Origin: Paramecium tetraurelia
Taxonomy: Eukaryota
Assembly: GCA_000165425.1 (NCBI GenBank)
Contig: CT868541.1
Location: forward strand, 226,096-290,095
DNA length: 64,000 nt
Direction: 5' to 3'
Position numbers and translations under genes: made by a program. Under the pieces are notes generated by a model. It was not told the origin of the DNA and made no database searches. It saw only the letters and a list, made by a program, of their open reading frames with translations. Shown here one piece after another: positions 26,701 to 40,338 of the stretch. The stretch's first letter is position 1; each line of letters begins with the position of its first letter.

Positions 26701-27392
26701 TTGAAGATTGGAAACATATCAATCCTTAACATACTTAAGATGAAGTTAGCTAACTTAAATTTACTATCCAAGCAGATTTGATTAGAAATGCTTTATTTAA
26801 AATTATGGATATGCAACTCAAATGTGATTCATTAGGCAATATACCTTATAATCTTGTTTTATTTGCTGTAATGAAAGAGGCTTACTTAGAAAAACTTGAA
26901 ATTAACTTAACAGAGGAAGGAGGAAGAAAACTGGTTATGAAAGAAATGGAAACTAGATCAGAAATTGAAGAGGAATATGGAATGAGTTTAGATTAAGATG
27001 TTAATCCTTTGGTTTCTTATTTGTATGCTTAAACATGTTTTAAAGCAATGTAGAGATTTGTTGAGATTTCTAAAAACAAAGTATAGGATGATGGCGTCTC
27101 ATTTTTAGCTAAGACTGATTCGTCGATTGATTTTGAAGAATATTTGGACAATGATTTATCAAGAGATGATTATGAAAAACCAGACTATGAAGAAGTGTAT
27201 TTTGTTGAAATTCCTATGAATAATAAGATTTATAATGGGGAATAATACAAGGTGTAAATTGCACAAGATTAATCCAGTCAGGATCAGGAGTCTAATGAAT
27301 AACCAATTGATGATGAAAATAATGTAGAAGAATTGGAAGAATATAAATTATAAATAGTTGATTTTAATAAGTATTTAGGAGATTAAGATTGA
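20716..27392 (+). CDS. Four-domain voltage-gated cation channel alpha subunit (Cav/Nav/NALCN superfamily) with an atypical filter
   Basis: Four 6-TM repeats with S4 segments (LRTIRILR; LRSLRIFRALRVLRISKLIR; LKILRLFRTLRPLR; FRILRAVRLLRLVK), WN..DF S3 motifs, P-loops LLESW/TISNW/TLLDW/TGLDW and S6 N-L-F motifs. Confidence 0.93.
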
Positions 27393-28005
27393 AATTTATT
27401 ATATATATATCATACAAATATATGTGTAGAATAGTTGATGAAGAACTGGAATCAGAATAGAAACTCAAAAGACTTACTAAGACTTATAAGGAAATTAGCA
27501 AAAGTATATCTGACAGAACGTCATATACGATATATAAGGATTATTGATTGTATTATTTTTTACATTTATCTTTCTAATATTTAAGTATTTCGCCTATAAT
27601 CAGGTGAGTGTATTCAAGTTTGTAAGTATATATTTCGGGGAGTTGATAATCTTTTGATCTTTTATGGATCTCACATAGTTAGAGTAATTAATTGATTATT
27701 GATAATCTTTTATTCTGTATTATTATTTCTAAAATGTGCTAGAGGGTGTAATAGACCATCTCTATTTTAGTTGAATAATTATTTTAAACTCTTCAATCAG
27801 AGGGCGCTTCTAAGGATTTCACTTTTGTTAGCTAAGTCAGATTGCTACTTGTTAAGAGGTACTGATATCTGCTAGCTTTATAATTAGCCAGACAAAGGTG
27901 ATGAATTTGAATTTTCTTTAAATATAAAATTTAAATAATTCTAAAATTGCCTTAAATTTAAATAAATTAATTAATAATAATTTTTAAATGATGCTAATAT
28001 TTCAA

Positions 28006-29426
28006 ATTATGGATTAAAATTCCGAATTTTCGAAGGCAGTGTTGATGGAATTTTCAGGGTTTATTTGTTAAGCTAAATAATAATATTTTTCTGCCTCTTC
28101 AAATCGTTTCATTCGTATAATGCATTTCCTATTTAAATATGCTTAATTTAATACCTTTGCCATAATAACAATCTGAATTTTCTGGGTTTTTCTAAATTCC
28201 TAAATCAAAATATTTTAATCCTTCTTCAAATCTATTCATTTTTAATAAAGCATTTCCTAAGCAATCATTATAATTTAGACCTATGCCTTGGTAATATACT
28301 GATTCATCTGGGTTTTTCTAAATTGCTAAATTATAACATTTCAAGGCTTCTTCATATAAACCCATTTAATATAAAGTAGCCCCTTTTAATAAAGGTACAA
28401 AATTTATACCTTTGCTATAGTAATAGTCTGAATTTTCGGGGTTCTTCTAAATGGCCAAATCATAATATTTCAATGCTCCATAAAAATTATTCATTCCAAG
28501 TATATTCTCAAATTGCAATCCTCTTTGTAATGCAGTTGTATCAGCTAAGTAATTCTTAGATTAATATTACCTTTGTTATAATAATAGATGGATTCTTCAG
28601 GGTTTTTATCAATAGCAAATTAAAAATATATTAATGCTTCTTCTAATCTATTCATTTTTTATAGTGTTATAGCTGAGAAAATATGCAGATTTAAATTTAC
28701 CTTTGTTATTATAATACTATGAATCTTTCGCGTCTTTCAAAATTGCTTGATCATAATATTTCAAAGCTTCTTCTAATCTATTCAGTTTATTTAAAGTTTT
28801 GGCTAGATATTATGGTAATTTAAATTCACCTTTATAATTATAATATTCGGATTTTTCAGGGTTTTTCTTAATTGCTATATCATAATAATATAATGCTTCT
28901 TCAAATCTATTCATATTTTCTAAAGTCATAGCTGATACATACAAATTGAATATACCTTTGTTATTATAATAGATTGATTCTTCAGAGTTTTTCAAATTGC
29001 CTCATCAAAATTTTTCAATGCCTCTTCTAATCTACCCATTTTATATAAAGTGTTGGCTAAGATAATGTGTAGGTTTAATTTACCTATATTATAATAATAA
29101 ATGTGATTTTGAGGGTTTTTCTAAATAGCCAAATCATGATATTTTAATGCTTCTCCAAATCTATTCATTTCTTATAAAGTCAGGGCTAAGATAGTATACT
29201 ATTTTATTTACCTTTGTTATTGTAATAGTCATGATTTTTTTGGTTATTTTCAATATCCTAATCCTAATATTTCAATTCCTCATCACCTTATTTCTTTATA
29301 CGGCACTTAACAAACAATATTGCTTTTTAAAAGCTGATGTGTTTTTTATAATTAAACTGTATTTATTCAATAAACTCCCTTTCAACACCTTCATATTTAT
29401 TATTTTTATTTACTGTTTGCGTTCAT
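28006..29426 (-). pseudogene. Tetratricopeptide-repeat (TPR) gene, one repeat per exon, with two apparent frameshifts
   Basis: About nine repeats of TL.KMNR(F/L)EEAL.YYD.AI.KNPE.S.YYNNK, each ending at an AAAG|GT intron; 1-nt deletions create in-frame TGA at 28992-28994 and near 28110. Ends approximate. Confidence 0.7.
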
Positions 29427-30287
29427 TTCAATTTTATGAAATATACCTCTAGACTCCATTTATTCCTAAAGTTATTGTTGAATTTATCTCAACTTCATAT
29501 AAAAACTTATTAAAGACAAGCTCATATTAATGAAAACACATTTGAGGCCTATTTTGTTATCAAAGTCATTTTAACTAAATTACATCAATAAATCAATAAG
29601 TAATAATAAAATTATTTTCTACACGATTTTGAACTTTGATCAAAATAGCCTTTCAAAAAACATCTAGTAATACAAACTTTCCTTATTAAATATAAATTAG
29701 TTTAAAGAATTATAAATTCATTAGAGAGAATACTGAATAATAATTTTTATAATATAAGATTATCGAAGAGTTATAAGTTTAAAAAATCATCTATGATTAA
29801 ACTTAATAACTTTACTTTTTTATAATCAAGTAACCTTTATTATTGTTATATAAATTTTCATAGTCTTAAATTTCTAACATTCTTCTTAAAGGAAATTTGT
29901 CGGAGCACCTTGATTATATTCTATTGCTTTCCTAAATTTCCTCTTTTAATGAGAATCTTAATAGATTTTTATAAGATATCCATACTTTATTATTAAATTC
30001 GAGTATCATGCATTCTTTTATCAATATAGTTTGGTTATCAAAGCCAAAAAAAAATTAGTTGAATTTATTTTGTTTTCTTTTTTAAATATTAGAATGAATA
30101 AAAAAGTGAAGGTACAACCTCTAATAAAAAAGGTAATTAAAGTATTGAGATTAAGCAATATACAGTTACTGATGTATAAATACAATCTTTAGGAAATGAA
30201 CTTAAATTTAAACTGCTTATTATTATTTTTATATAAGTTTATAGAAACTCAAATATCCCATTTTTCTTTAAATTAAATATCTAAAGT

Positions 30288-31712
30288 ATGTTTAGAAAAG
30301 TGTTTGGAAATTCTATGAGACATAATCCAACTCGTTTAAGATACTTAAGGGAGTATGTGTGTTTAAGAGAAGCTGCCAATCCATCTGCTTAATAAGCTTA
30401 GATTGCCCAATTCTAATAAGTGGCAAATAAGTACGGATTGTCAACTACTCAATTAACAACACTCTCTAGTATCTATCAATTGAGTTAATTGCTTCGACCT
30501 TAAAATTTCCCAAACCCCAAAGATTATAAAGTTTACTAATTTACAACTATCAATATAGGTTCACGTTGAGAAATTAGAGTTGTTATTCAGACAAAATCAA
30601 TCAAACACCGAAAACTTAGAATAATTTGCCTAAAGTCTATTATACAGAATCCCCGAAATCAGCAAACTTACAAATGAAGCGAGAAAATAAGCAGCTCAAG
30701 ATTTGTTTAGCATTTATTTGGAAGGAATTCACTATGATAATTTAGTCTCACCGTAGAGATTATATAATATTTTAGAGGCTATGTCGAACAATTAGAATCA
30801 ACATTCAGATAAAGAACTACTGCAGTCATAAATAAAATAAAAAAAGAAGTCAAAGATCCATAATTGGCAGCTTAATTAGAATAATCACTTGAATCAATCT
30901 TTCAAAACTATTAGTTTAACCAAGGAAGGTATTTTATCATTTAATGAATAGATATGTGGGTTTGATCAAATCATTCATTGAATCAAATCAAGAAACCGAA
31001 GTTTAGGCAAGTCCAAAATTAAATTAATAAGCCTAAGAGAAACAACTGTTTATTCAAACTGTTGATAGAGCAACAAAAAAGTTTTCAGCTGAAGATCAAG
31101 AATATGCTAGAAATGTTGATGGGCATGACTTCAAATTGTTCTTACAAGAATTATATGAAAAGGAATACCAATCAGGATTTGCTTAGAACAGATTTAATGA
31201 AAAAGGATAGAAATTAGTCTATGAATCATAAGCATAAGAACATCATGTTTTAAGATATTAAATATTGGCAGGAGTCTTTGCTGGTTATTTCCTCTACCTA
31301 TTTTACAGAGGTGATGCTTACTATTCAACAATATTGGCAGTTCCAACTGTTGCTGCTGCTTTCTTTTATTTAGCAAAATAGGGACAAGTATCTATTGTTG
31401 CATAATAATCTTAGGCAAAAAGAGCAATCCCTTTCATAAGACAAGTCCTCAAAAACAATGACAATACTTATGAAGTGGTCTTTGAATAGAATCGTATTAT
31501 TAGTAGAATCGAGAATGTTTAAGCTGCATAAATTAAGTAATACAGTTTTATATAATCTAAGATTGGCTTAAGACACTACATTCTCAAATGCTTTGGTATT
31601 AGGAAATCCCACCGATTTTGGATATCATGTCAAAGTAGCCGATAATTCATTTATTGTTCCCTACCTCTATAGTGGTAATGGTTTAGATTTTAGAGCATTT
31701 ATAAATATTTGA
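30288..31712 (+). CDS. Hypothetical membrane protein, possibly mitochondrial
   Basis: Arg-rich, acid-free N-terminus MFRKVFGNSMRHNPTRLRYLR; two C-terminal hydrophobic segments (ILAGVFAGYFLYLFY, ILAVPTVAAAFFYLA); short introns. Confidence 0.7.
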
Positions 31713-31882
31713 TTCAATATAAGAATAAAAAATAAAACAAAATTTTCATCTATTAATCAATTTATTCCAATTCATATTTTTGCATTGAACTTGACTTTCT
31801 AAAGAATTCTATTAAGTTTTATATTGTCAAATAATAAACAATAATTTTTTTGAGATTATATTTTTTATAGATATCAATTAAA

Positions 31883-33647
31883 TCATTGTTTTTATGTTTC
31901 TGGTAGCTCTGTTTCCTTTGCATCAAAGCTTTCATTATATGGAGCAGTAGCATCAACAATTTTCTTTCTCCAAATTAGGTATTTTAATTTGTATCCCCAC
32001 TTCTTTATTAAATAGAAGAGAAGGACAGCCAACCAAATACCAACCACAATTAACACATATATTGTAAGAGTGTAATAAGCATATGTAGTATAATTTCCTT
32101 CTAACTAATAATATTAAATATCAATTTACTTCAGTTGTTGTAAAAGTGAAAGAATGAGACACATTGCATAAGGTGAATTAGTAATTTAAATTATTTTCCT
32201 TATCCTTCTTTGCACAATTTGTAGAATTAATCTTAACATAAAACTACCTGACTCCAGCATCACTATATTTACATTCAATTTTAGGCATATTCATAATTAT
32301 GTTAATCAATTAGAATTCATATTTACTAATTGCTGCAAATATCCTTTGATTAGAAAACTCTTCTCCCTCAAATTCAAATTCCTTTACTGTTACCAAATCA
32401 GGTTAATAGAACGATGTGTGAGATATTAAATTTTAATTTAAGAAACCTTTACTCAATTATGCTAATAAATACCTTGATAAATTGAATGATAGATAATCTT
32501 ATGACCATCATCTCCAATCAAAACAGCATAGTATTAAAAGACACTCACATCATTTATGGTCATCTCGTCAAAAAAATGGTTATTGATATAATAATCGTAA
32601 GTTACTTAATTAACAAAGACCTCAATTGCAAAATCTTGTTTATTGATTGTTTTGGCCACAATAAAGAATGTATTATCATAAAAATCAAAACTTTAACCAT
32701 TTGAAATTGCAATAGTAAATTAGTAAACCAATTCCATCATATTTTTGATCCAATAAAATTTTAATCCTCTCTCCAAATCTAATACGTACAATCCATCCTC
32801 TCCATTACTATTCACATCAACTATTTAACTATCAATTCCTAGATACTAAGCTGAAATATCCTTCATGAATACTAAAGTTCCATTATTTATTTTGTATATA
32901 TCTATACCTTCATGTCCACAAGCCACAAATATCAATTAATGTTTCTCATTATAATGAACATTGTAGATTTTATCTCTTTGCTTTATCTCCTCTTCTACTT
33001 TAAATTCTATGTCAAGCTTGGAATTACTATCGAAGCTCAATCCTCCGTTTGTTGTGAATATAAATATTTTATTTGATTCTCTGTCTCCAACTAAATAAGG
33101 ATGATAATCAGTGTTCTCCTCGTCATAGTTAAGTAGATAGGCAAATGAATGTCTTATAGGGTCAAGCTAAAGTCTGAATAAACCCTAATTTAAATCCACT
33201 TGTATAATTTAAAAATCATTTCTGACAACATAAGCCTTCTTAAATTTTTCAGCCAAAGCCACATCAGTACAGTATATATCCCGTGTTAAACCACTTTTAT
33301 CAAGCCACAATTTCAACTTCATGCTTATTTCAATGTTCCTCTATATTGAATAACAACCGTCCTCCTCCAAGAGATCTTCTTCTACCTTTTAAAAATCTCC
33401 CAAATTAATGCTTTGGTTACTAATCTCGCCTTTAACCCTTTAATGTAAGTCGATGGCAAAGACTCCTGGATAACTACATTAATGTGGATCAATGATATTA
33501 CGCTCCATAAGGAATTTCAATAATCTCAGACGCCTATCTGTAAAAATCATTGGACTAAAATGTCTCATCTATAACTGTCAAGTTTGGTTTAATGATTCTA
33601 TTACTCTCAACCTGGTTTAAAAGAAGTAATATTAAAACAATGAACAT
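31883..33647 (-). CDS. Type I membrane protein with a beta-propeller-like (LVIVD-like) ectodomain
   Basis: Signal peptide MFIVLILLLLNQVES, repeats such as LIFVACGHEGIDIYKI, C-terminal TM IYVLIVVGIWLAVLLFYLI followed by KK. Confidence 0.75.
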
Positions 33648-33876
33648 AATTAAATTAATAATATATTTAAATAACACTATGAGGTTTCTATATTTTTAAT
33701 TGCTAAATTTGATATTAAAATAATTAGTGTTTGAAAATAATAGATTTCTGAATAATTTAGATGATTCAAATAGTATTCTTGAATTTTGGTGTAAGATTCT
33801 ATTGATTTTAATTTATTCCTAAATTACATCCATAAATAGGTTCTAAATAATATTAAGAATGATATCTTAGATATTA

Positions 33877-35450
33877 TCAAATATAAAATATAAAAACAAT
33901 CATTATTGTACTGATTAATGAACCGAAGGTTTCATACCAAATTGGGAAGAATATATCTGATGGTAACTAAGGTATAAAAGGTGGATCTTATGGAATAGAA
34001 TTTTCGATATCATCATGAGGGAGGGCTATAAATCTAACTTTTAAATTAAATCTATAGAGCTTTGTATTGGTAGGTATATTTGTCTTTAGAATTGCATTTG
34101 AATACACAATTTTAAAAGACGAGATATAATTTTATCTACCTTCTTTCATTCCAAATTCATCTGTAAAGATTAGTACATGCTATGTAAAATATATATAGTC
34201 TGTTTAAGGCACTTCTGTTGTGGTATTGACGAAGTCTAAACTACTAGTTCCAAATAAAGGAGTTCTTGCAAGTCCTAGCAAAGTATTGTATGGGAAACTG
34301 TTAAATATTTACAATCCAGACCAAGAAAATGTAGAGAGAGTTGTTTAATTAAGTGAATATGAGCATGAAAATTATAAGTTTTAACCAAACCTAAGAGGTT
34401 CATAATTAAGGGGGTTCTGATCATCAGATAAGGTGCATGTTGAATCTGAGGTAGACACCTTGGCTCTATAGATTTTGTATCCAAAAGGATTTGTTTATAA
34501 GTTGATATGTCCTTGAACATATTATCCATAATCATATCCAGCCTTTCCTTAAAAATTAGAGTTAGTAGCTATCAAAGATAAATTGTAAATTTACATGCGT
34601 TAGCATAGACCACTTCACTAACATAATTGTATAAGGTTTGATCACTTGAAAAGTACGCAAACGTGTTAGATGTAAAACTTGGTGTAGTTGTTACAGCAGA
34701 GGTTCCCATAAATATCGATTAACCAATCAAACATCCACCAGGCTTAGTTGCTGATTATGCAAAGACGGTTGATGATTTTGAGTAAAACTATGTCTATGAA
34801 CTAGTAGATGTTATGGTTTGTAGATTTGTTTAACATGTAAGCATTAAGCAACTTTATTTTTGAATCTATTTATAATTTATGAATCTCTTAGTTTGTTTGC
34901 ATATTCCATTTGAATCTCTGTAAACGAGTATATTAGATTTATCATTAGTTTAATAAATTGCTACTTAAAGAGAATCTGCTTTTGAGACTTTAGTTTCAGG
35001 TATAATATTAACTTTCAAATAGTCTTACAAATATGTTGGATTATTGTAGGCTTATGGCAGAGTGACACCGGATGTTGAAAGACTGCTCTTCTCATAAATA
35101 AAGCATATTTAATTGCCTTGTTCCTCAACTTAGATCCCTGAATAATAATTTTGAATATTACATTAGTCGACATTTTATCTTGATAAGATATATTTTTTAA
35201 TGCAAGTCCTTTTTACAGATCCTAATAGACAATCACTTGGAAGTGTGGAGGAGGAAGTACTAATGTCTGGATCACAACAACATCTTTCATCAACTTCTCT
35301 GACTTTCAAATTGCAAAAACAATATTCGTCATTTTATATGTTAAATGTGCTATTATCATTTGTTTATTAGACATTAGTGAAGCTTTCCAAAGCTATTTCC
35401 GCTTTAACGATTATATTGAGGAAAACAAAAAATAAAATAAAATTAATCAT
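33877..35450 (-). CDS. Tectonic-family ciliary transition-zone protein
   Basis: Signal peptide, CFCNLKVREVDERCCCDPD (tectonic Cys-rich motif), C-terminal LPSDIFFP motif and hydrophobic tail. Confidence 0.75.
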
Positions 35451-36360
35451 ATTAATGAAAAATAAAATATTAAAGAAACTTATTTTAAAGTATTCAAGGC
35501 TTCTGAAATTTATAATAAAACGGTTATATATAACCTTTTCTTAGAATATAAGCAATTTAATGATTTCATATTTTGGATTATTTTTGATTTCCTTTTGTTC
35601 ATGTTCATGCTGTTACAATTCCTCAAAAATCAAGATCTATTCATCCACTTTTTCACTCTTAATATACTTATTTTTCATAAAACTCTTACTTTCTTATTCT
35701 ATTCAACCGTGTTTGCTTTTCAATAAGCTCTAACTTATTATGATTGTATTTATTGATTCATCAATAAATTACAATTCATTTAAAAGCTACAAAACAAGTT
35801 GTTTAAATTACAACTTCTATATTAGATTTATCAATAAATTTGCATCCCCTAATTTAGGAATAATATAAAAAATTATTATGTTCAAATATAAGGAAAAAAA
35901 GAATTAAGAATTGCAAAAAAAATACTAAGATACGAAAATTTGATATAGCTGAGATAAGATAAAGACAGAAAACAAAGGAAAATAGCTTAAAAGAAATCAT
36001 AAAATTAGCCAGATTAGAAATCAAGTAAAGGACTATTAGAAATAAATGTTATAGTAATTATAAGAGCCTTTAGATTCGAAACTTAAAAACTTTGAATAAT
36101 AATAAGATAGAAGAGAATAATTAATGATATGGGTTAAGTTATAAAAATAGTTAAAAAAGGAAAGGAAAGAATTATCAATCGAAATTATAAAGGTTATATC
36201 GCGAACGAAGGCCGAAAAAAGGATTAAGTGAAGAAAATTAAAATTAAAAAAATGGATCAGAAACTGAGGGAAACTATTAGAAGAAGATAGCAATAATGTT
36301 CTTGATTTTTACAATTTTTGATATCAAATTTTATTATTTGTTATTTAACGAATATTTTTA

Positions 36361-37770
36361 ATGAACACTATGAAAAAAATGTCAGAAAGCAGGCATTTCT
36401 CGTCTTAATAATAAGGTATAATTCAATTATATAAAGAAGAAAGTAGTCCATTAATGAATTAATCCACAAATTAATCAACTAAAAAAAGAAGCAAAAACAA
36501 AGAAAATATAAATTTGTTTAATGAAGTTAATTCCTTACTCTAGTATTACCAAAATTCTAATATCCTCAAAAGTATTTCAATATATATGTAATAAGAAAAA
36601 ACATCATTGCCAACTTCGATGGTTTCTCCTAAGAAAATGATGGATGATATATTTTTGAAGCAAGTACTCTAAACAAGAAAAACTAATAGCAGAAATAAAG
36701 TCAGTGTATCATAGAATGTAGGATAAAAAGTTTTAAGCTTATCACCAATAGAATAAAAATAAAAATCATTCACTAAAGGTAACCAATTTCGTTGTGCCTA
36801 TCACGCTAATAAGAAAGTATAAAAATCTGTTAAAATAGGCAAAATTTTTTGAATATAATCGCAGCATTGGAGCTATATTCTATTGTTCTGAATGCTCTGT
36901 TGGAAAACTAATTAAAGGAAATATTCTCTTTCCTGTTGAAAATTATCAAGTTAAACAGGTGTCGAATAAAAAACGAGAAAATCAGTCTGTTAGTAGAGCT
37001 AATTTTTGGTCTGTGGACGAAAATTCACTCCTATCTAATTCTCCCTTTTTATTAGAGTCTACTGATACATTCACTAGTATAACTGATGAGACAGAGGACA
37101 AAGCAAAGGAATTAAAGGACTTTTAGAAATCTTTATCTTCTTTATAATAGGAATGCTAATCAATTATTGAAAATTCTAAAGGAAATACTTATTAGACCCA
37201 ATTCAATTCAATAAATACAGAGTTACAATAACTACTATATATGATAAATATTCAGTCAATGAAGTTGTTGTAACAATTGCAATCTTAAAATCATTTATAA
37301 TAAGTCTATGAAGTACAAAATGAATTAAATTCGATTTTATCTGACATTTAATCAAATGAATCAAATATACTCAATAATATGTCAATTAAGCCATTTAAAT
37401 AAATAATGAATGTAATGCATTTTTCTTATTTTAGAAATATAAGGAAAAATTGAAAGGACACACATAAACAATTAATAATTGCTCAAGCAGTCAATAAATT
37501 TTTGAATTGGATGATAGATTACAAAAATTAAATAAAGTTAAAAAAATGCTCAAAACCAATTTTAAAATAGAAACTGACGAATAGGAATTGTTGAGTACTA
37601 AAAGAAAACTTAGTAGTAATGTTTATATTTCTTTCGAAAATAAAGAAATGTTCTTAGCAGCAGCAGCTGCAAATAAAGCCAATAGTGTTCATGTCAAGGA
37701 TGAGCCCGATTTAGTTCAAATTGATGATAAATGTCATCTACTTGAATCTCCTAATTTTATTCAGAATTGA
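36361..37770 (+). CDS. Hypothetical protein with a B-box-like Cys/His motif and coiled coil
   Basis: After removing intron gtataaaaatctgttaaaatag the frame reads CAYHANKKAKFF...FYCSEC, then a coiled coil; ends NFIQN-TGA at 37768-37770. Confidence 0.65.
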
Positions 37771-38630
37771 ATTAAAATATAGTTTTTTGTTTGATTTATT
37801 TTATTAAACTCAATTATTATTTTGTTTTATTTTACAATATGGATTGGAATATTCTTTATAAATAATCTCAAATTAATTAAAAGCTTATAAATAAATAGAT
37901 TTATTTGAACCAAAACCAAGACAATTCTATCTCATTCTATTATATTACTAATCAATGTGGAATGTAATATTTGAAAAATAATTTAATGGAATTTAGTATC
38001 ACTTACCTTTAAAGACTTCAAAAAGTTATTAAAAACTACAAGTAGTTAATTAGTGTTATGATCGAAAATAATTAACAAATTATTATTAAGATTACCAAAA
38101 ATTTAACATCCCTAAAATACTTGTAACTTTCGACCCATATAATTTGTTGTTATTTTTAATTAATAACTTGTAAAGATATATTGCTTCATAAAATAAGTGC
38201 AAATTTAAGCAAAAAGTTTAGTTTAAACTCTTTTAAAGTCATTATAAAATTTGACATGATTAAAAACTAATATCCTTAAAATCAGGGAGAATAATAAAAA
38301 CAATTCCTTATAGATTAAATCACAGATGTACATAGCGAGAATTGAGAAATTAAGAAGAATTTAAATTTTTAAAAGTAAGATGAAAATATTCACTTTAAGA
38401 TGGGCAATATAACATTTTGAGGAAAAATGTAAAATTTCATATTTGGAGAATGTTAAATTGATAACTTAATGAATATTTTGAAAATATCGACCACCAGATG
38501 TAGTATTAAGTAAGATTTTAATAAATGTTTTATTAATTAAAATCATGATGGTTTGAAATAACTGAATAAAAGAAAAAACTGAATTCATATTAATAACTCT
38601 TTCCTTCTAATTTTTCAAAAAATTAATTAA

Positions 38631-39416
38631 ATGTCAATATCATCATCAAATTCGCATACTCCAATACCATAAAGAAAACCATGGACCACCTAGGAGGATG
38701 AACTGTTGACTGAACTTAGAAAAAACAACAATTTAGATTGGATTGAGGTGGCAAGAAGAATTGATGGAAGAAATCCATCATAATGTGCTTAGAGATGGAA
38801 AAGAATAAAAGGGTTTAAGTTGAGAAAGCAATGGACTGAAGAAGAAAATCAAAAACTTATCGACTTAGTTTCGAATTTTGGTTATCATTGGAGTAAAATT
38901 AGTTCTTTTCTTCCATAAAGAACTGGAAAGTAGATTAGAGAACATTATCTTAACTAACTACATCCAGATATTAATAATGAACCATGGACTAAGGAAGAAG
39001 ATGAAATAGTAGTAGAATTTTACAAAAAAGTTGGTGGTAAATGGAGTCAGATTAGTAAACATTTGAATAAAAGATCAGAAAATAGCATAAAGAATCGATT
39101 CTACTCCTACTTGAGAAACAAATATCTAAATATCAAAAACCCATATTACATCGTACCAGAAAAAAAATAAAAATTAAACGAATTCCAAGATCCTAAGCAA
39201 AAATTAGAAAAACAAATGAATAATCCAATGATATAAGAAGCTTCATTTTAACCTAATTATCAACAAGTTCCTAGAGAATAAAACATGCAATTATTTATGC
39301 CATACTATCCAAATTAATTCGTCCAATATTCTATGGCCTATCCTTGCGCTATGTTCGTGCCAATCTATGTATATTAATAGCAAGAAACCTAAGTAAATTA
39401 GATCATGCGATATTGA
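38631..39416 (+). CDS. R1R2R3 (three-repeat) Myb transcription factor
   Basis: KPWTTQEDELL...W..VA...GRNPSQCAQRW; KQWTEEENQKL...WSKIS...RTGKQIREHYLNQLHP; PWTKEEDE...WSQIS...RSENSIKNRFY; no intron seen. Confidence 0.93.
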
Positions 39417-40338
39417 TTATTAATTTTACATTATCGAGTTTATTAAAAACAATATAAAGAACCATTGATAATATTTATTATATTCAATCGTAAAATAACT
39501 CTCTAAGTCAATATCTTAAAGTAGTAACCCTTAAAATTGGATTTCAACAATAAACAATATTTTAAAGAACTTTTATTTTTGTTTAGCAATGCGTTTTATC
39601 ACAATGTTTTTTATGATATTTATATAAATTTAAGTAAAATAGAAACAAAATATTTATTAAACATAGATTCATTAAATTAATTTTGATTCTCCTTTTTTCT
39701 CGAATCTATTAATAATAAGGCTCTATTTAATCAATTAGAATAACATTGTTAAGCCTCATTTAATGTATTTACAATGTTTATCTTAATAAAATAAACTAAA
39801 TTTTTAAATGGAAGACTATAAAATCTGAGTAGATATCCTTCCATAATTCCAATAAGAATTTTCTTAAGCACTTGAATCTCTACTTCAACTGATGTAGTTT
39901 GAATATAAGATGTAGTATTTTATTCATTTAAATATTTAAAGCACAATTACCATTAAGGATTTAAAATAATGGCTTTTTTTCGTCATTTCTTTTAATGGCA
40001 TTGTCAGTTATTTATAAGAATATTATATGAAATGTAGAAAAAATTTCAAGTTCATATTAATTAAAAGTATCAAAAAAGGCCTTAATTAATGAATTATTTA
40101 TTAATATTATTATTAATATTTATATAGCAATATCACTTTCATATAAAAAGATAACTTATTTTTTATTTTTTCACTATTTTATTTTAGCTTGAATTAGAAA
40201 TAAGTTTCGATATCCTATCTTCTGTAATTTATAATTATGAACCCTATTAACCTCATTATTCTTAAGATCTTTTTGAAATATAATTCGAAGAATTCATTGC
40301 TATAAGGTGTATCGATTTTAAATAATATACTTATTAAA

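Noticed and set aside
27420..27920. Possible small gene between the channel and the TPR locus
   Set aside because: Short interrupted frames on both strands and no motif.
28130..29230. CRISPR-like or transposon-derived periodic repeat
   Set aside because: The periodicity is explained by TPR exons plus introns; there are no invariant repeats, cas genes, transposase or terminal inverted repeats.
35560..36300. Coiled-coil-like coding fragments on both strands
   Set aside because: Every frame I tried hits TGA without convincing introns; possibly gene relics, but no supportable model.
37839..38520. Possible hypothetical ORF upstream of the Myb gene
   Set aside because: Composition is close to intergenic AT-rich sequence; open code-6 frames of this length occur by chance.
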